Assembly (NCBI GenBank): GCA_963707915.1
Contig: OY970178.1
Span: 448,001 to 512,000, forward strand
Length of the DNA stretch: 64,000 bases
From: Candidatus Eiseniibacteriota bacterium
Lineage (GTDB): Bacteria > Eisenbacteria > RBG-16-71-46
Direction: 5' to 3'
Under the pieces are notes generated by a model. The model did not search any database and was not told the origin of the DNA. It worked only from the letters and a program-made list of their open reading frames with translations. Positions 27,702 through 38,354 of this stretch are shown here, in pieces (the stretch's first letter is position 1; every line of letters begins with the position of its first letter). A program made the translations under genes and the position numbers.

Positions 27702-28679
27702 ATGCGCTTCAATAACGCGACCGCAACCGCACTCATCGCCGGGCTCCTCTTCGCGGGGCCGGTTTTCGCGCAGGGGGCCGGCCGTTCTCTCGACATCCAG
27801 CCGGGTGCCCGGGAGAACGGGATGGGAGGGGCGGGAGTGGCCCTTGCCGACGATGCGACGGGGATGACCTGGTGGAACCCGGCGGGCCTGGGGTTCGCCA
27901 AGCGGTCCGCCATCCAGATGACCAACGCCAAGCTGGTGCCGGGCCTGGCGGACGACGTGGCCTACAACCACCTGGCCTACACGCTGCCCATGCAGGGCTG
28001 GGGCGGATTGGCCCTCTCGCTCGCCTTCCTCTCGTACGGGACCAGCATGGCCACCTCCACCGAGGGCGCCAACCTCGGGGAGTTCACCTCCTACGAGGCC
28101 TCCTCGGGGCTCTCCTACGGGGTGGACCTGCTGCCCGACCTGGCCGTCGGCGCCAGCGTCAAGTACATCCACATCCAGTTGTCGCCCGGGGGCATGGCGG
28201 GCGTGGAGAAGGGCGTGGCCTCGGCGCTGGGCTTCGACCTCGGGTTCCTCTACCGCCTCCAGCCGGCCCGGTTGCGCCTGGGAGCCACCATCCAGAACCT
28301 CGGGCCGAGCGTGGTGTTCATCGCCGAGGACCAGGCGAGTCCGCTCTCGCGGAACATCAAGGCGGGTTTCGCCTGGGAGCCGCTGCGCAGCGGCGGCGGC
28401 ATCACCTCGACGATCATCGGGGACTTCAACCAGTCGCTCGTGACCGAGGAATTCCGCACCTACAACGGCGGGATCGAGCTGAAGTACTCCAGCGAGACGG
28501 GCCAGGGGATCGGCCTCGCCGGGCGCGTCGGCTACTACTACGACCCGCTGGGTGAGATCAAGAACATCACGTACGGGCTGGGACTCAACTGGGGGAGGCT
28601 GGCGCTGGACTACGGTTCGGTCCCCCAGGCCACCACGCTCCCGTACGTCGATAAGTTCAGCCTGGGCTACCGCTTCTGA
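27702..28679 (+). CDS. porV: PorV/PorQ-family outer-membrane beta-barrel
   Basis: SLDIQPGARENGMGGAGVALADDA...WWNPAGL, C-terminal FSLGYRF. Confidence 0.8.
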   Translation: MRFNNATATALIAGLLFAGPVFAQGAGRSLDIQPGARENGMGGAGVALADDATGMTWWNPAGLGFAKRSAIQMTNAKLVPGLADDVAYNHLAYTLPMQGWGGLALSLAFLSYGTSMATSTEGANLGEFTSYEASSGLSYGVDLLPDLAVGASVKYIHIQLSPGGMAGVEKGVASALGFDLGFLYRLQPARLRLGATIQNLGPSVVFIAEDQASPLSRNIKAGFAWEPLRSGGGITSTIIGDFNQSLVTEEFRTYNGGIELKYSSETGQGIGLAGRVGYYYDPLGEIKNITYGLGLNWGRLALDYGSVPQATTLPYVDKFSLGYRF

Positions 28680-28708
28680 GGGGTCCCGGCCCAATCGGAA
28701 AAGGATTC

Positions 28709-31700
28709 ATGCGCGGCGCCTTCCTGCCGGTCCTGCTGAGCCTGGTGCTGCTGCATTCGGCGGCACCCTCGGCGCAGGCCGCGGGAGCGCTGACGGTGCG
28801 CCGGGTCGCGGGCCCCGAGGAGGTCGCCCGGCTGCGGCGCCTCGGCCTGCCGGCTCCGGCCGAGGCGCGCCCCGCGGAGATGCGCATCCAGGCCGAGCTC
28901 GAGCGGCGCTGGCGCGCGACCCGCGACGTGCTCACCGCTCCCGGGGTGGACTGGTCGCTGCGCGGGCAGCGCCGCGCGAGCTGGCGCCCCGACGGGCGGC
29001 CGGCGCGTGACCCGCGGGCGGCGGCCGCGCGCGCGGTCGGGGTGGTCGCGGACGCGCCGCCGGAAACCCTGCGGGTGGCGTTCATCCGCATCGACTTCCT
29101 CGCGGACCGCGGCGGCGCCGCATCGACCGGTGACGGGCGCTTCGACCTGTCGCCCCTCGACACCAGCGCGAGCGCGATCCCGATCGACCCGCCGCCGCAC
29201 AACCGCGCGTTCTTCCAGGCCCACTTCGAGGCGCTCCGGCGCTACTACGCCGCCACCTCGTACGGGCGCGTGGTCCTGGTCGGCGAGGTCTGGCCCCGCG
29301 ACCCGAACGCGGCCTACTCGCTCAGCGACATGGCGGACTACGGCCCCTGGACCTTCGGCCAGGAGATCTACGGCGCGGCGGTGCGCATGTTCCGCGACAT
29401 GTTCTTCGCCGCGGACTCGCAGTCGGTGGCGCGCGGCGACGCCATCCCGTGGCGCGACTACGATCGCTTCTTCCTGATCCATGCCGGCAGCGACCTGCAG
29501 AGCGACGTGCTGCAGGACAGCAAGGAGGACATCCCGTCGTTCACCATCGGCGTGGACGGGGCCGACCGCGTGGTGTTCCGCGACACCACGGTGATCGGCG
29601 AGACCACCGTCATCGACTCGACGGTCATCGACCGGGCCACCATCGTGCCCGAGCTCGCCGCGCAGGACGGCTACTACGGCGCCATCAACGGAGTGATCGC
29701 GCACGAGGGCGGACACAACCTGCTCGGTCTCGCGGACCTCTACAACGTCGACACCGGCTACCCGGTGGTGGGCTTCTGGAGCCTGATGGACAGCGGCAAC
29801 CTGCTGGGCTCGCAGGTCACGCTGCGGGACGGCACCGTGATCTACGCCACCGGGCTGCTGCCCCCCAGCGTGGACCCCTGGCAGCGCGCCTTCACGACCG
29901 ACGTCCTGGCCTTCCCCGAGGCGGACTACGCCGCCGACACGATCGCCCTCGCGAACAGCGAGCGCCACCCGGACGTGCAGCGGGTCACGCTCTCGAGCGA
30001 CGAGTACCTGCTGCTCGAGAACCGCTACCTCGCGCCCGCGGACACGGTCCGGCTGGACCAGGACTCGACCAGCCGCGTCATCCTCGGCCCGCTGCGGCCC
30101 GGACCGGATGGAGTACGACGCGCTCCTGCCCGGCAGCGGGATCCTGGTGTGGCACATCGACGAGAGCGTGATCCCCTTCACGACCTCGCTGCGCGTCAAC
30201 CCGGGATACGGCTACAACACCAATCCCGATCGCCTGGGGATCTCGGTCCTCGAGAGCGACGGGCTCCAGGACCTGGGCGACCCGGGCTCGCCCTACTTCC
30301 TCGGCGCGCCCTTCGACCCGTGGTTCCGCAGCTTCAACCGGACGCTCTCGGACACGACCTTCCCGAACCTGATCCCGCACATCGGGACGCGGCCGCACGC
30401 GCGCCTGGACTTCTTCGACGATCCGGACTCGGTGATGCACTTCGGCGCCCGGCGTTCGTGGGCGCTGCCGGGCTGGCCGGTGGCCGCGGACTTCCCGCCC
30501 GGCGGGCCCGACCTGCTCGCGGTGGACGCGGACGGCGACCGGGCTCTCGAGGTCTGCTGGGCGGGAGGGCGCGATTCGCTCGACGTCCTGATGCCCGGCA
30601 ACCCGGACTCGATCATGCGGGTGGAGAACCCCGACCGCGCCGCGCTCTTCGCGGTGCGCCCCGACGGGGCCGCGCTCGACGGCTCGTACGCGTTCGCGCA
30701 CCTCGACGGCGTGCCGCGGCCCGAACTGGCCGCGCTCCCGATCGGCGAGGCGGGCCTGCCCGCCGCCGGCCCCGCCTGGTTCGCGGTCTCGACCTACGCG
30801 GCGGGCGCCGACACCAGCAGCCCGGGCGGGCGCGTGCTGCTGCTCGACCACCACGGCCAGGTGCGGCCCGGATGGCCGCCGGCCCTGTCGTCGGTCGTGA
30901 CCACGCCGCCGGTCATCGCCGGTGCCTACCCGGGCGCGGAGGTCTTCGTCGGCTGCGCCGACGGCACCGTCTACGGCCTCGACCTCGACGGCGCGGTCGT
31001 CGACTCCTTCCGCGTCACCGACCAGGCGAGCGGCCCGGTCACGGGCCGGCTCGCGGCGGTGCCCGCGCCGGGAGCGGGGGACGCGTGGCGGGTCGCGGCG
31101 GGCACCCGCGACGGCTGGATCGCCACCGGTCTTGCGCGCCACGCGACCAACGACCACGCCGCGGTGCGCGAGCTGTCGGTGGACCTCGGCGTCGCGGGAC
31201 TCGCGCCCGACTTCCTCTGGAACCCGTTCGACGGTGCGCTGCGTCCCGGCTCGGCCGGCGCGGGTGTGCGGGGCGCGGGGGTGGTGTGCGGCGCCGGCGA
31301 GTTCGCGCTCGTCGTCCACCACGCCGACCGCCTGTGGGCCTTCTGCCCGGACGGCACGCCGCTGGCCGGTTGGGGACGCTCCTTCGGCGACACGCTGGTG
31401 GCCGGGCTGGGAGCGGGCGATCCGGACGGCGACGGCCTGCCGGAGGTGCTCACGCAGAGCGTCCGCTCCGGGCTCGCGTTCGTGAGCCGGGGAGGCTATC
31501 CCTCGCCGGGGTGGCCGAAGCGCGGCACCACCGAGGACCTGCGCACCGGCAGCCCGCCGCTGGCGCTCGACGTGGACGGCGACGCCCGCAGCGAGATCGT
31601 CGGCATGAACGCGAGCGGCATCGTGGCGGCGCTGCGGGCCGACGGCAAGGTCCCCGAGGGCTGGCCGCTGGGCAGCGGCAGCGGCGCGACCGGCTCGCCG

Positions 31701-32177
31701 GTCGCGGCCGACCTGGATCGCGACGGCTCGCTCGACCTGGTGGCGCCGGACCGGCTCGGCCGGCTCTTCGGCTACTCGCTGCCGGTCGCGGCCGGCGACC
31801 CGGTGGCGACGTCGTGGACGATGATGGGCGGCGACGCGGGACGCAGCTCGGCGCTCGGCGCGCTGGCCACCCCGCTGGTCCCGCTGCCCTCGTCGGGGCC
31901 GCTGGTGCGCGGCTCGCTCAAGGTGTTCCCGAACCCCGCACGGCGGCAGCCGGTCAGCTTCGCCTACCGGCTCACGGAGCCCGCGGACGTGGAGTTCCGC
32001 GTCTTCGATACCGCCGGCCACCAGGTGGCGTCGTTCTCGCGCCCGGGCTTGCAGGCCGAAAACCGCGAGTCCTGGGACCCGGGCACCCTGCCCGCGGGCC
32101 TCTACCTGGCGCGGCTGCGCTTCCGCGGGGCGTCCAGCGAGCGGGTCGAGGTGCTCCAGGTGGGGGTGCTGCGATGA
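28709..32177 (+). CDS. M6-family (immune inhibitor A-like) metalloprotease with FG-GAP-like repeats and T9SS-type CTD; split by a +1 frameshift at about 30098-30101
   Basis: HEGGHNLLGLADLY zinc motif, WSLMDSG, EYLLLENR in frame 1, continued by GILVWHIDE in ORF 30108..32177; C-terminal VFPNP...FDTAG...LPAGLYLARL. Confidence 0.8.
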
Positions 32178-32983
32178 AGCCGCGCCGCGCTGCGGGCCCG
32201 TGTGCCCTCGGCCTGGCGCTGCTGCTGGCCGGTGGGGTTCTGGGCGCGGGCGCAGCGGGTGCCGTGATCCGCGGCTCCGTGCTGGCGATGCCGATGGTCA
32301 CGGACCCGGGCCGGCCGCAGTTCCGCCTGGCCCAGCGCGCGATCGGGCGGTCCTGGGGACTCTCGGAGGACTCGTCCTACACCGAGGTGGACGTGCCCGA
32401 GTGGCGCTCCGAGGGCCTGGCCGCCGGCTTGTCGGCCGTGGTCCCGGGAGCCGGGCAGATCTACGCGGGCGACGGCGGCGGCCTGTGGTTCGCGCTCGGG
32501 GAGCTGGTGGGCTGGACGGCGAACCGCATCTTCCTGCACAAGGCGCGCGACGAGCGCGACCGGTCGGCCCGCTTCGCCGGCGACCCGCGGGACCCGGCGA
32601 GCGCCTGGTCCTTCGAGCGCTTCCGGGCGGCCACCGGGCAGGACACCCTGGCCGCGGAACTCGAGGCGGTCTGGGCCCGCGACCCGCAGTCGTTCTACGA
32701 CCGCATCGGCCGCGACCCCGCCTACCTCGCCGGCTGGAACGGGCAGGCCGCGGTCACGCGGGAGGAGTTCTTCGGGATGCGCGACGCCTCGCGGGGAAAC
32801 TACGACCGGGCGTCCACCGCCGGCTACGCGCTGTGGATCAACCACGTGGTCGCGGCGGTCGACGCGCTGCGCGCGGCCCGGCTCCGCAACCTGGAGTTGC
32901 AGCACAACCTGGAGCTCAAGCTCCGGAGCTCCTGGCGCGCCGGTCGCCCGACCGTCGTGGCCGCGCTCGTGAGGAGGTTCTGA
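32174..32983 (+). CDS. Hypothetical exported/membrane protein (DUF5683-like S-x-x-x-P-G-x-G-Q motif)
   Basis: ATG overlaps the previous stop; signal-like N-terminus; SAVVPGAGQIYAG; terminal ...VRRF. Confidence 0.65.
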   Translation: MKPRRAAGPCALGLALLLAGGVLGAGAAGAVIRGSVLAMPMVTDPGRPQFRLAQRAIGRSWGLSEDSSYTEVDVPEWRSEGLAAGLSAVVPGAGQIYAGDGGGLWFALGELVGWTANRIFLHKARDERDRSARFAGDPRDPASAWSFERFRAATGQDTLAAELEAVWARDPQSFYDRIGRDPAYLAGWNGQAAVTREEFFGMRDASRGNYDRASTAGYALWINHVVAAVDALRAARLRNLELQHNLELKLRSSWRAGRPTVVAALVRRF

Positions 32984-33945
32984 TGCGACCCTGGCCGAGA
33001 CCGTGGCTGGCGACCGCAGTCCTGCTGGCCGCGCTGGGCGGAGGCGCCCTGCCGGCGGCCGGGTCGATGGCTCCGCCGGCGGGCGGCCCGGACACCGGGG
33101 CCGGGCAGGACGCCGCACTGGCGCCGGTGGCGGAGACTCGCAGGGCTTCCGGGGCGGGCCCGCTCGCGATGGCCCGCCGGGTGGACGGCCTCTTCTCCGA
33201 CCCGCAGCGCGACGGCGCGGCCGAACCGCTCGCGCTCTCCTTCGGCCGTCGCGGCGCACGTGCTCCACGCGCTCCACGCGAGGAGCGGCCGCCCGGGATG
33301 GTGGGAGGCGAACGGGCACGTGTCCTGTTGCGCTCGCTGACGCTGCCGGGCTGGGGGCAGGCGACCCTCGGCCGGCGCACGTCGGCGGTCTTCTTCGGGC
33401 TGACCGAGACGGCGATCTGGGGGACGTTCACCGCCTTCCGCATCCAGGTCGCGATGCGCGAGGACGCCTTCCTGCGCACGGCCGCACTCCAGGCCGGCAT
33501 CGACCTGAGGGGGCGTGACGAGGAGTGGCGCCGGATCGTCGGCGGCTTCTCGAGCAGCGACGAGTACAACCGGCTGGTGGTGGCGCGGGACGCGGCCAAT
33601 CTCTTCCTCTCCGACACGGTGGTCTACAACCGGCCCCCGGAGGAGACGGTCCCGTATTTCGACTACATCGAGCAGCACAAGCTCAAGGGTGCGGACACGT
33701 GGAGCTGGACGAGCCCCGAGGCGCAGCGCAGCTACCGCGACCTGCGCAAGACCGCGCAGCGTGCTGCCCAGCGCGCCAACACGATGCTGGCGGTGGCGGT
33801 GGTGAACCGGATCGCGAGCGCGCTGCACGCGGCCCGCGCCGCCGGGCACACGGCGCCGTCCGCGCACGCGTGGCGGTTCGAGGTCGTCCCGGTGGCGAGC
33901 CCGGACCCGACGGCCTTCCAGGTCCGGGTGCGCACGCGGTTCTGA
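32983..33945 (+). CDS. Hypothetical exported/membrane protein, paralogue of the preceding gene
   Basis: TGATG coupling; SLTLPGWGQATLG; NRIASALHA vs NHVVAAVDA; terminal ...RTRF. Confidence 0.65.
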   Translation: MRPWPRPWLATAVLLAALGGGALPAAGSMAPPAGGPDTGAGQDAALAPVAETRRASGAGPLAMARRVDGLFSDPQRDGAAEPLALSFGRRGARAPRAPREERPPGMVGGERARVLLRSLTLPGWGQATLGRRTSAVFFGLTETAIWGTFTAFRIQVAMREDAFLRTAALQAGIDLRGRDEEWRRIVGGFSSSDEYNRLVVARDAANLFLSDTVVYNRPPEETVPYFDYIEQHKLKGADTWSWTSPEAQRSYRDLRKTAQRAAQRANTMLAVAVVNRIASALHAARAAGHTAPSAHAWRFEVVPVASPDPTAFQVRVRTRF

Positions 33946-33968
33946 AGCCGGGCTCGAGCGGCCACCTC

Positions 33969-34976
33969 ATGCTGCGACGATCGCGTCTCCTTGGCCCCGT
34001 GGTGCTGCTGCTGGTCGTCGCCGCGGCGGCGCTCGCGGCCGCGGCGACGGAGCCCGGGGCCGGGCGGGACGCGAGCACTGGCTCCGCGGACTCCACCGGC
34101 GCGGACACGCTGCCGCTGCGGCTCGTGCCGGTGCAGGCACTGGGGACGGCGGGGGGCGGGCGGGCCGCGCTGGTCGAGCCCAACGGCGTCGCGGTCGACG
34201 CCTTCGGTCGCATCTACGTCACCGACGCCTCCCAGCACCGGCTCGTGCGCTTCGACGCGCGCGGGACCTGGTTGGGCGAGGCCGGTGCGCTGGGAAGCGC
34301 TCCGGGCGACCTGCGACGGCCGGGCGCGGCGACCGCCGTGGGCTCGCTCGGTGTCGCGGTGCTCGACCGCGAGAACCTGCGCGTCGTGCTCTACGACCTG
34401 TTCGGGCGGCTGGTGGGGGTGCTCGCGGACTTCACCGCGCTCGAGGACGACCTCGGCCGGGTGGACCCGGTGGCGCTCGCGGCCGACCGCGGCGGCGCGC
34501 TCTACGTGGCCGACGCGGACCGCGACCGCGTGCTGGCGCTGGACTTCTCCGGCCGCTTCGTGCGCTCGCTCGGGGGCTTCGGCGTGGGAGCCGGCTCGTT
34601 CCGCGGGCTGGCGGGCCTCGCCACCGGACCGGGCGGCGAGCTGGTGACCGCCGAGCGGACGGGCGCACGTGTGCAGCGGCTCGACGCGACCGGCAGCCCG
34701 GTGGCCGCCTGGCCGCTCCCGGTGCGCCCGGGGCGCGGCCGGCTGGCCGTCGCGGTGGACGACTCGATGCGGATCGCGGTGGCCGACGAGACCTCCGGTC
34801 GCCTGTGGGTGTTCGGCTTCGACGGCCGGCTGCTCGGCACGCGCGCGGACCTGGCCGGGCCGCGCGCGGTGGCCTTCGCCCCGGACGGGAGCCTGCTGGT
34901 GGCCGAGGGCGGGGCGGGGCGGGTGCGCCGCTTCGCGTTCGAGCCCCCGGGGACCGCCGCGCCGCCCGGGCGCTGA
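33969..34976 (+). CDS. Secreted NHL-repeat protein
   Basis: Signal peptide; PNGVAVDAFGRIYVTD..QHRL, PVALAADRGGALYVAD, PRAVAFAPDG. Confidence 0.8.
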   Translation: MLRRSRLLGPVVLLLVVAAAALAAAATEPGAGRDASTGSADSTGADTLPLRLVPVQALGTAGGGRAALVEPNGVAVDAFGRIYVTDASQHRLVRFDARGTWLGEAGALGSAPGDLRRPGAATAVGSLGVAVLDRENLRVVLYDLFGRLVGVLADFTALEDDLGRVDPVALAADRGGALYVADADRDRVLALDFSGRFVRSLGGFGVGAGSFRGLAGLATGPGGELVTAERTGARVQRLDATGSPVAAWPLPVRPGRGRLAVAVDDSMRIAVADETSGRLWVFGFDGRLLGTRADLAGPRAVAFAPDGSLLVAEGGAGRVRRFAFEPPGTAAPPGR

Positions 34977-34979
34977 GTC

Positions 34980-37900
34980 ATGGCGCCCGTGGTGCTGGCC
35001 CTGGGCGCGGCGCTGCTGGCCGCGGCGGCCGCCGGCGTGCCCGCGGGCGCCCCGTCGAGCGCGCGCATCCAGCGCGATCCGGGCTGCGGCACGCTGGTGG
35101 TGGTGCAACGGGCCGACGCGCTGCTCTACCGGCTGCCGCGGACGTTCCTGCAGGCGGGCAGCGACTCGGCCTGGAGTCGCACGGGCCCGTGGCGGCGCGG
35201 CACGGACTACCTGATCGAGCCGCTGCGGGGCGAGTTGCGGCTGCTGCGCTCGCCGTTGCCGGGGGACACCCTGTGGGTCGCGGCCTGCTGGCTGCTGGCG
35301 CCGCCCGCGCTCGAGTGGGAGATGCAACGCTACCGTCCGGCGCGTCCGGCCGGCACGCCGGACAGCGCCGGCGGGCGCCTCCCCGGGAGCCCGGGCCCGG
35401 GCCTGCGCCCGGCCACCGCGCGCAGCCCGCTGGTCGCGCCCGCGGGGGCGAGCCTCGCCGTGAACGGGAACAAGACCATCGCGGTGGATTTCGGCTCGAG
35501 CCAGGACGCCTTCCTGCGCCAGTCGCTCGACCTCGCGGTGAGCGGGACGCTGGCGCCGGGCGTGCAGCTCACCGGCGTGCTCTCCGACCGCAACCTGCCG
35601 CTCACCTCGGCGGGCAGCACGCAGGACCTGCAGGCGCTCGACCGGGTCCTGATCGAGCTCACCGCGCCCCAGGGCTCGGCCGCGCTGGGCGACGTGGCGT
35701 TGAGCCTGCAGCAGGGCGAGTTCGGCCGGCTCGACCGCAGGGTGCAGGGCGTGCGCGGCGAGTGGGGCGTGGGAGGCTTCCGCGGACTGGTGGCGGCGGC
35801 CAGTTCGCAGGGCGAGTACCTGCGTGCGCAGTTCTACGGTTCCGAGGGCCTGCAGGGGCCCTACCCGCTCCACGACCGCGCCGGCAACACCGCCATCTCG
35901 GTGGTGGCGGGCAGCGAGGTGGTGACGGTGGACGGCGCGCGCATGACCCGCGGGGAGGGGGCGGACTACGCGATCGACTACGAGCGGGCGCGCATCACCT
36001 TCACGAACCGGCGGCCGATCTCGGCGACCTCGCGCATCACCGTGGACTACCAGTACACGCTCAATCGCTACCGCCGGAACCTGGTGAGCGCGGCCGGCCG
36101 CTGGGAGTCGGGCCGCTTCCAGCTCCACACCGAGGTGATCCGCGAGAGCGACGACCAGGGCCGGCCGCTCGACGCCACGCTGAGCGCGGAGGACCTGGCG
36201 GTGCTGGCCGCGGCCGGCGATTCCGCGGGGCTGGCCCTGGGGTCCGGCGTGGTCGCGGGCGGCGGGGACTACGACACCGTGCGGGTGGCGGGTGGCCGGC
36301 TCGTGTTCGCCTTCGCCGGGCCCGACTCGGGCGACTTCCGCGTGCAGTTCGCGCGCGTGGGCGCCGGGCAGGGGGACTACGCGGACTCGCTGCTGGCCTC
36401 GGGACGCACGGCCTACCGCTGGACGGGCGCGGGCGGCGGCGCCTTCCGCGTGGGGCGCGCGCTGCCGCTCGCCGAGTCGCACGAGCTCTGGTCGCTCGGG
36501 ACCGGCGTGAAGGCCGGGCCGCTGCGTCTCGAGCTGGAGGGCGCGGTGTCGAAGTTCGACCCGAACACGTTCTCGCCGCTGGACGACCCGTCCCACGGCG
36601 GCACCGCCGGCCGGCTCGCGGCGGGCCTCGACGGCCGCCTGCCCGGGGCGCTGGGCTCGGGCGGGCTGCAGCTGGCGTCGCGCGCGGTGGGGGAGCGCTT
36701 CGCGCCGTTCGCGCAGGTCGAGCGTCCCTTCGAGCAGGAGGACTGGGGCCTGCCGGTGGGCGAGGACCTCCAGCACGCGCGTCGCACGGAGCTGAACGGC
36801 TTCCTGCGGCCGCGGGCGGGCGGGGAGCTGCGCGGACGGGCGGGATGGCTGGCGCTGCCGGGCGGCTTCTCGTCCTGGCGGCGCGGGCTCGAGTGGCAGC
36901 GCGACGGGGTGGTGGGGACGCGCGCGCGCTGGGAGCGCGCGGACGCCGTCCGGCCCGGGCTGCGGTTCGCGGACGGCGGCCGCGAGCGGTGGTCCGGCGA
37001 GCTGCGGCTGCGGCTGCCGTGGCTCGAGCCCGCCCTGCGGGGCGAGACCGACGAGCGGCGCTTCGCCGGCGACACGACGCGCACCGGCGACCGCTACCGC
37101 GAGACCGGCGTGGAATTCGGCAGCCCGGCGCGGCTCGCGTGGCGCGCGTCGGCGGGCTGGAGCCTGCGCCGCGACGGCCGGCTGGTCGGCGGCGGGTTCG
37201 TCGACCAGTCGCTGGCGCGGACCGTGCGGTTCGGGCTCGAGACCCCGTCCGACGCGGCGCTCTCGGCGGTGCTGAACCTGCGGCGCCGCGTGATCGAGCC
37301 GCTGGCGGACCCGCGGCGCGGCCGCAGCGATCTGGCCAGCGTGCGGCTCAAGGGCGAACAGCGGCGCCACGGGCTGCGCGGGCACCTCGACCTGGAGATC
37401 ACCAGCGAGGGTGAGAACCAGCGCGTGCGGCGCGTCGTCTACGTGGGGCCGGGCCGGGGCGGCTACGACGCCCTCGGCAACCCAACCGGCACGGGCGAGT
37501 ACGACCTGGTGGTCGTGGTGGACCCGGCGTTCACCCCGGTGGCCCGCGCGGCCACCAGCGCCCGCGCCGAGTGGCAGCTCCCCACGCAGGGCGCGTGGCG
37601 GGGCACGCGGGCGGGGTTCGACTTCGAGACCGAGTCGCGCCGGCGCGGGGAGCTGCGCACGCTCGACCCGTTCCTGGCGCCGGGGGCGGCGCTCGGCGAC
37701 CGCCTGCTCTCGCGCGCCAGCGTGCTGCAGCGGCTCGAGGCCGACGTCGCGCCCGAGTCGCACGGCGCGGCGCTGCTGGTGCGGGCGGAGCGCCGCGTGA
37801 CCGGCGACCGCGCGTACGAGAACTTCGCGCAGACGCTCGATGACCGCACCGTGAGCGCGCGCTGGCGCACGCGGATCGCGGCGGTGCTCGGCACCGAGCT

Positions 37901-38354
37901 CGAAGCACGGGTGCGGCGCCGCGTGGCGGTGCAGGCGCTGGCCGGCGGCGCGGGCTACGCGCGGACGCTGGTCGAGCAGACCGGCACCGGGCAGGCGGTC
38001 TACACGCCGGACGCGAAGCTGCGCGTGGTGGGAACGCTCGAGTTCACGCGCGCGCGGCCCGACGGCGCGACCGACTACACCCGGACCGTGCGCTTCGGGC
38101 CCGACCTGGGCTATGCCTTCAGCAAGCGCGGGCGCGCGGAGCTCAAGCTCAGGCGCGCGTTGGTCGCGGGCCCGCCGGCCGTGAATCTGCTCCCGAGCGC
38201 CGACCCGGCGGGCGTGCCGCGCTGGGAGGTCGGCGCCCGGGCCGACTACCGGGTCCAGGAGAACACCACCGCCAGCCTGTCGGTGGACGCGCGCGAGCGC
38301 GAAGGGCGCGCGCCGCTCACGACCGGTCGCGCCGAGTTGAGGGCCTTCTTCTGA
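34980..38354 (+). CDS. Large hypothetical outer-membrane protein
   Basis: Signal peptide; GNKTIAVDFGSSQD...LDLAVSG, GLQGPY, VVAGSE.V..DG, DYAIDY...ITF; amphipathic beta-strands and C-terminal ELRAFF. Confidence 0.65.
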   Translation: MAPVVLALGAALLAAAAAGVPAGAPSSARIQRDPGCGTLVVVQRADALLYRLPRTFLQAGSDSAWSRTGPWRRGTDYLIEPLRGELRLLRSPLPGDTLWVAACWLLAPPALEWEMQRYRPARPAGTPDSAGGRLPGSPGPGLRPATARSPLVAPAGASLAVNGNKTIAVDFGSSQDAFLRQSLDLAVSGTLAPGVQLTGVLSDRNLPLTSAGSTQDLQALDRVLIELTAPQGSAALGDVALSLQQGEFGRLDRRVQGVRGEWGVGGFRGLVAAASSQGEYLRAQFYGSEGLQGPYPLHDRAGNTAISVVAGSEVVTVDGARMTRGEGADYAIDYERARITFTNRRPISATSRITVDYQYTLNRYRRNLVSAAGRWESGRFQLHTEVIRESDDQGRPLDATLSAEDLAVLAAAGDSAGLALGSGVVAGGGDYDTVRVAGGRLVFAFAGPDSGDFRVQFARVGAGQGDYADSLLASGRTAYRWTGAGGGAFRVGRALPLAESHELWSLGTGVKAGPLRLELEGAVSKFDPNTFSPLDDPSHGGTAGRLAAGLDGRLPGALGSGGLQLASRAVGERFAPFAQVERPFEQEDWGLPVGEDLQHARRTELNGFLRPRAGGELRGRAGWLALPGGFSSWRRGLEWQRDGVVGTRARWERADAVRPGLRFADGGRERWSGELRLRLPWLEPALRGETDERRFAGDTTRTGDRYRETGVEFGSPARLAWRASAGWSLRRDGRLVGGGFVDQSLARTVRFGLETPSDAALSAVLNLRRRVIEPLADPRRGRSDLASVRLKGEQRRHGLRGHLDLEITSEGENQRVRRVVYVGPGRGGYDALGNPTGTGEYDLVVVVDPAFTPVARAATSARAEWQLPTQGAWRGTRAGFDFETESRRRGELRTLDPFLAPGAALGDRLLSRASVLQRLEADVAPESHGAALLVRAERRVTGDRAYENFAQTLDDRTVSARWRTRIAAVLGTELEARVRRRVAVQALAGGAGYARTLVEQTGTGQAVYTPDAKLRVVGTLEFTRARPDGATDYTRTVRFGPDLGYAFSKRGRAELKLRRALVAGPPAVNLLPSADPAGVPRWEVGARADYRVQENTTASLSVDAREREGRAPLTTGRAELRAFF

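Noticed and set aside
28709..32983. 1424-aa fusion ORF of the M6 protease and the downstream gene
   Set aside because: The middle part is out-of-frame translation after the frameshift at about 30100; the true continuation is ORF 30108..32177.
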